A stretch of 20,000 nucleotides of DNA from an uncultured virus (IMG/VR IMGVR_UViG_3300003860_000003). Its lineage: Duplodnaviria; Heunggongvirae; Uroviricota; Caudoviricetes. Position numbers and translations under genes: made by a program. Below, one piece after another: positions 17,589-20,000 of the stretch; within the stretch, counting starts at the first letter, position 1; each line of letters opens with the position of its first letter. A model generated the notes under the pieces. The model had not been told where the DNA came from. It saw only the letters and a program-made list of their open reading frames with translations, and searched no databases. The stretch spans positions 113,177 through 133,176 of IMG/VR virus record IMGVR_UViG_3300003860_000003; one strand, written 5' to 3'.

Positions 17589-18365
17589 ATGAGAGCAAAA
17601 TTACTTAACGAAAAATTAAAAGCAAAAGATTATCGAAGTGTAACTTATTGGTTTGATCTTCGTGATAAAATAAAAGCACTTGAACAATTTGGAGAAAAAC
17701 ATCCTATAAAAAAGAATGTAGTATGGATTCCTGATGCAGGAAGGGGATGTATAAAAAGTCAAGATGAATTTTGGTTTGCTCATTGTAAAAATAATGATTT
17801 AACTGATGATTTTGGTTATGAAGGATATGTTCCTAAAGGATCTGTTCATTATCTTGCATTAGAAAAAATATTTCAAGATAAAGGAGCTCTTAAAGAATCT
17901 TTAAACGAAGCTAATGAAGTAAGTAAGTTCCGAAAAGGAATGAATGTGGAAACAAAAGATAATCATTACCATATAATTAAGGTAGAAGACCATAGTTATA
18001 AATACGATCTTGTAACAGTTATTGATAAATCTGGAAAAAAGAAATTAGTTGCTTCAGATTGGTTAGAACAAAATGGAAAGATAATTCCTAAACAAAGACA
18101 AAGAGGCTATCGAGAAAAAGAAAAGATAATGACCAAACGAGAATATGAAAAAATGATAAAGGGCGCTGTCATTGATATAAAACATAGTATTGATGACGAT
18201 GATGATGCATATTCTTATATTCATGATTCAGCAGAAAGTATGATATACGACGATGATATTAAAAATTATCTTAGAAGAAAATATAAAAATGAGTATAATA
18301 AAAGCCCAAGATACGTAAGTGATTTAGTTGATATGTTAGCAAATGATATGGGAAAATACGCATGA
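17589..18365 (+). CDS. Hypothetical charged protein with LNE motifs (possible head-packaged protein)
   Basis: 258-aa ORF. Starts MRAKLLNE and has an internal LKESLNEANE. Preceded by AATATATA. Confidence 0.65.
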   Translation: MRAKLLNEKLKAKDYRSVTYWFDLRDKIKALEQFGEKHPIKKNVVWIPDAGRGCIKSQDEFWFAHCKNNDLTDDFGYEGYVPKGSVHYLALEKIFQDKGALKESLNEANEVSKFRKGMNVETKDNHYHIIKVEDHSYKYDLVTVIDKSGKKKLVASDWLEQNGKIIPKQRQRGYREKEKIMTKREYEKMIKGAVIDIKHSIDDDDDAYSYIHDSAESMIYDDDIKNYLRRKYKNEYNKSPRYVSDLVDMLANDMGKYA

Positions 18366-19144
18366 GATTAGTTAGAGAACATATAAACGAAATTTTCACA
18401 GAAGAAAGCGATCCAATAAAAGATTTGGGAATAGGTTTAATAAATTTTTGGAAAATTGAAAATGAAAAAATAAATAAAAATCCCGAAGAGTTTGTAGAAA
18501 AATTTTTTTCTAAATATTCTTTTTATTATAAACATAAATATGCTGCTATAGCGTCATTTACTATTTCAGATGCTATTAGAAATATACCAGTTCAAATTGC
18601 TTTCAATAATTCATGCCGAGCATTTTCTCATATAAATGACACAAAAAAAGATATGTTAAAAGCTAGAAAAATAGTTGCAGAAGTTCTTAAAGAACATTTT
18701 TATATCAATGTAGATCCATTAAATGAAGCCTTTACAGAAGATTCTGATCCTATTCATGATATGGGTATAGGCATTAGGCAAAAAATTGATTCCTTTGTAA
18801 CAGAATTAAGAAAACGTGGTTTTATTAAAGGCGAAAATATAAGTAAAGATTTAAAGATAAATGCAGAATATGTAAATTTTTCTTCTTTAGAAAATACTAA
18901 CTTGCCGTCTTATATTAAATTTGGAAAAATAACAGGACAATTTTCTTGTGTATTTAAAACTAAAAACCAATTAAAATATTTGCCTGATTATGTAGGAGGA
19001 ACTTTAACTATTTATACTGATATTATTCCTGATTTTACATTTGAAGATATACGTAAAAAATGTGCAGTAAGATTAGTTAACATACTTACTTATCATTATC
19101 CTGACTATCATGATTTTCACGCATTAACACTTAAAGATAAATGA
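18362..19144 (+). CDS. Hypothetical protein with two copies of the EESDPIKD motif
   Basis: MRLVREHINEIFTEESDPIKDLGIG at the N-terminus and LNEAFTEDSDPIHDMGIG at 18719-18772. The C-terminal LPSYIKFGKITGQFSC...LKYLPDYVGG looks like a degenerate LRR-like repeat. Confidence 0.75.
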   Translation: MRLVREHINEIFTEESDPIKDLGIGLINFWKIENEKINKNPEEFVEKFFSKYSFYYKHKYAAIASFTISDAIRNIPVQIAFNNSCRAFSHINDTKKDMLKARKIVAEVLKEHFYINVDPLNEAFTEDSDPIHDMGIGIRQKIDSFVTELRKRGFIKGENISKDLKINAEYVNFSSLENTNLPSYIKFGKITGQFSCVFKTKNQLKYLPDYVGGTLTIYTDIIPDFTFEDIRKKCAVRLVNILTYHYPDYHDFHALTLKDK

Positions 19145-19782
19145 ATATAATTGGATTCGATTTTTCAATAAATAAACCAGCGGCATGCATCTTTTCAAAT
19201 GGCAAATATTCTTTTATGAGTTGGCCATATTCAATTTCTGACAAATCTATTAAAACTTTTAGAGAATCTGGTATAACTATAATTGATCGTATAGATAATA
19301 AAGAACATGAATTAGGATTAACTTCCAAAATGCGTTGGGAAGTAGAAAACGCAAGATACCTTTCAAATCTTATCACTGAATCACTTAAGTGTTACTTTAA
19401 TGGAGATACCTATCTCGCATTTGAAGGGTTATCTTATGGATCGGGAGGAGATTCTGGAATACAATTAGGTGGTTACAAATATATATTGATGAATGAACTT
19501 TCCCAATATGTTTCATTAGATCATATGTATACTTATTCTCCTATTACAATTAAAAGTATAGCTGGTTGTGCAAAAAAAGGAATGGGAAAATCTGAGATGA
19601 TCGACGAATTTATTCGTTCAGGACCACCTCATTGTAAGTTTCGTTTAAAATTGTTTGAAAAACGAGAAATTTTCATGAAAAAAGGAGGAAGGAATTGGAT
19701 AGAACATGTAGATGATCTTGTAGATGCGTATTGGGTAATACAAACTATATTGAAAAAAGAGGAAATTCAGTGTTTAGTCTAG
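19141..19782 (+). CDS. ruvC: RuvC-like Holliday junction resolvase
   Basis: RNase H-fold RuvC motif order: IIGFDFSINKPAAC (first Asp), LAFEGLSYG (Glu), YSPITIKSIAG...KSEM, and DDLVDAYW (two C-terminal Asp). Confidence 0.8.
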   Translation: MNIIGFDFSINKPAACIFSNGKYSFMSWPYSISDKSIKTFRESGITIIDRIDNKEHELGLTSKMRWEVENARYLSNLITESLKCYFNGDTYLAFEGLSYGSGGDSGIQLGGYKYILMNELSQYVSLDHMYTYSPITIKSIAGCAKKGMGKSEMIDEFIRSGPPHCKFRLKLFEKREIFMKKGGRNWIEHVDDLVDAYWVIQTILKKEEIQCLV

Positions 19783-19839
19783 AGTATCTGCATTCCTAGA
19801 GGGCTTTAGTCTTCAGTTATATGGATGTCAGCGTTAGGG

Positions 19840-19869
19840 TTTTGTTAATTTTGTTAATTTTTTGTTAAT
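19840..19869. repeat. Three near-tandem TTTTGTTAAT units
   Basis: GGGTTTTGTTAATTTTGTTAATTTTTTTGTTAATG between two convergent genes. Confidence 0.6.
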
Positions 19870-19999
19870 GTATGAATTTAGTTTTAGGATATTTAAAGCC
19901 TCTTTTTGCTAAAATACTTAACATATTTTCAAATAATTTATAATCTATTGCTGATGTTATTTCTTCATTATTTAATCTAATATATTTATAAATATAATT
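19865..19999 (-). CDS. 3' end of a minus-strand gene running in from beyond the window
   Basis: Open frame NYIYKYIRLNNEEITSAIDYKLFENMLSILAKRGFKYPKTKFIH* with its stop at 19865-19867. Only 44 codons are visible. Confidence 0.5.
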   Translation of the reverse strand, partial: NYIYKYIRLNNEEITSAIDYKLFENMLSILAKRGFKYPKTKFIH

Positions 20000-20000
20000 A

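Noticed and set aside
101..19376. Short ORFs of 60-81 aa in the ORF track (101-283, 698-895, 3454-3663, 6383-6565, 9231-9428, 11097-11333, 13066-13254, 14384-14587, 19131-19376)
   Set aside because: All lie antisense within longer, well-supported genes and read as shadow frames.
19141..19782. RuvC domain as a TnpB/Cas12-type effector
   Set aside because: Only 213 aa with the first catalytic Asp at residue 7, no Zn ribbon or REC/WED region and no array. This fits a stand-alone resolvase.
1..20000. Stop-codon reassignment as in some large phages
   Set aside because: Long ORFs tile the window under the standard code with no in-frame TAG/TGA. TGA serves as a stop in ATGA overlaps and TAG ends ruvC at a plausible length.

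Overview
Very AT-rich (roughly 25% GC by eye), gene-dense segment that reads as the late/virion region of a large tailed phage in the standard genetic code. A Bacteroidota host is inferred from A-rich leaders lacking Shine-Dalgarno motifs and a BACON-like domain. Positions 1-13.4 kb hold co-oriented probable structural genes: the 3' part of a repeat-rich tail fibre, several large virion-type proteins, a collagen/BACON-like protein and a membrane-anchored coiled-coil protein (spanin candidate). Positions 13.4-20 kb are a mosaic of a T4 gp3/gp19-fold tail protein, a RuvC-like resolvase, two antisense paralogous Zn-finger + KYG-repeat + PD-(D/E)xK endonucleases, and several small genes. Main observations: (1) a portable peptide leader, [IL]-x-E-x-F-x-E-[ED]SDPIxD[ML]xIG, is fused four times to unrelated cargo domains, suggesting a capsid-targeting/protease-processed payload system; (2) a D-x-S tripeptide dominates the fibre and recurs in other virion proteins, a candidate modification sequon; (3) the nuclease pair differs in repeat number and shares a 19-bp upstream motif, one copy of which opens a multi-stem structured element. 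All functional calls come from motif recognition only; no database searches were run.
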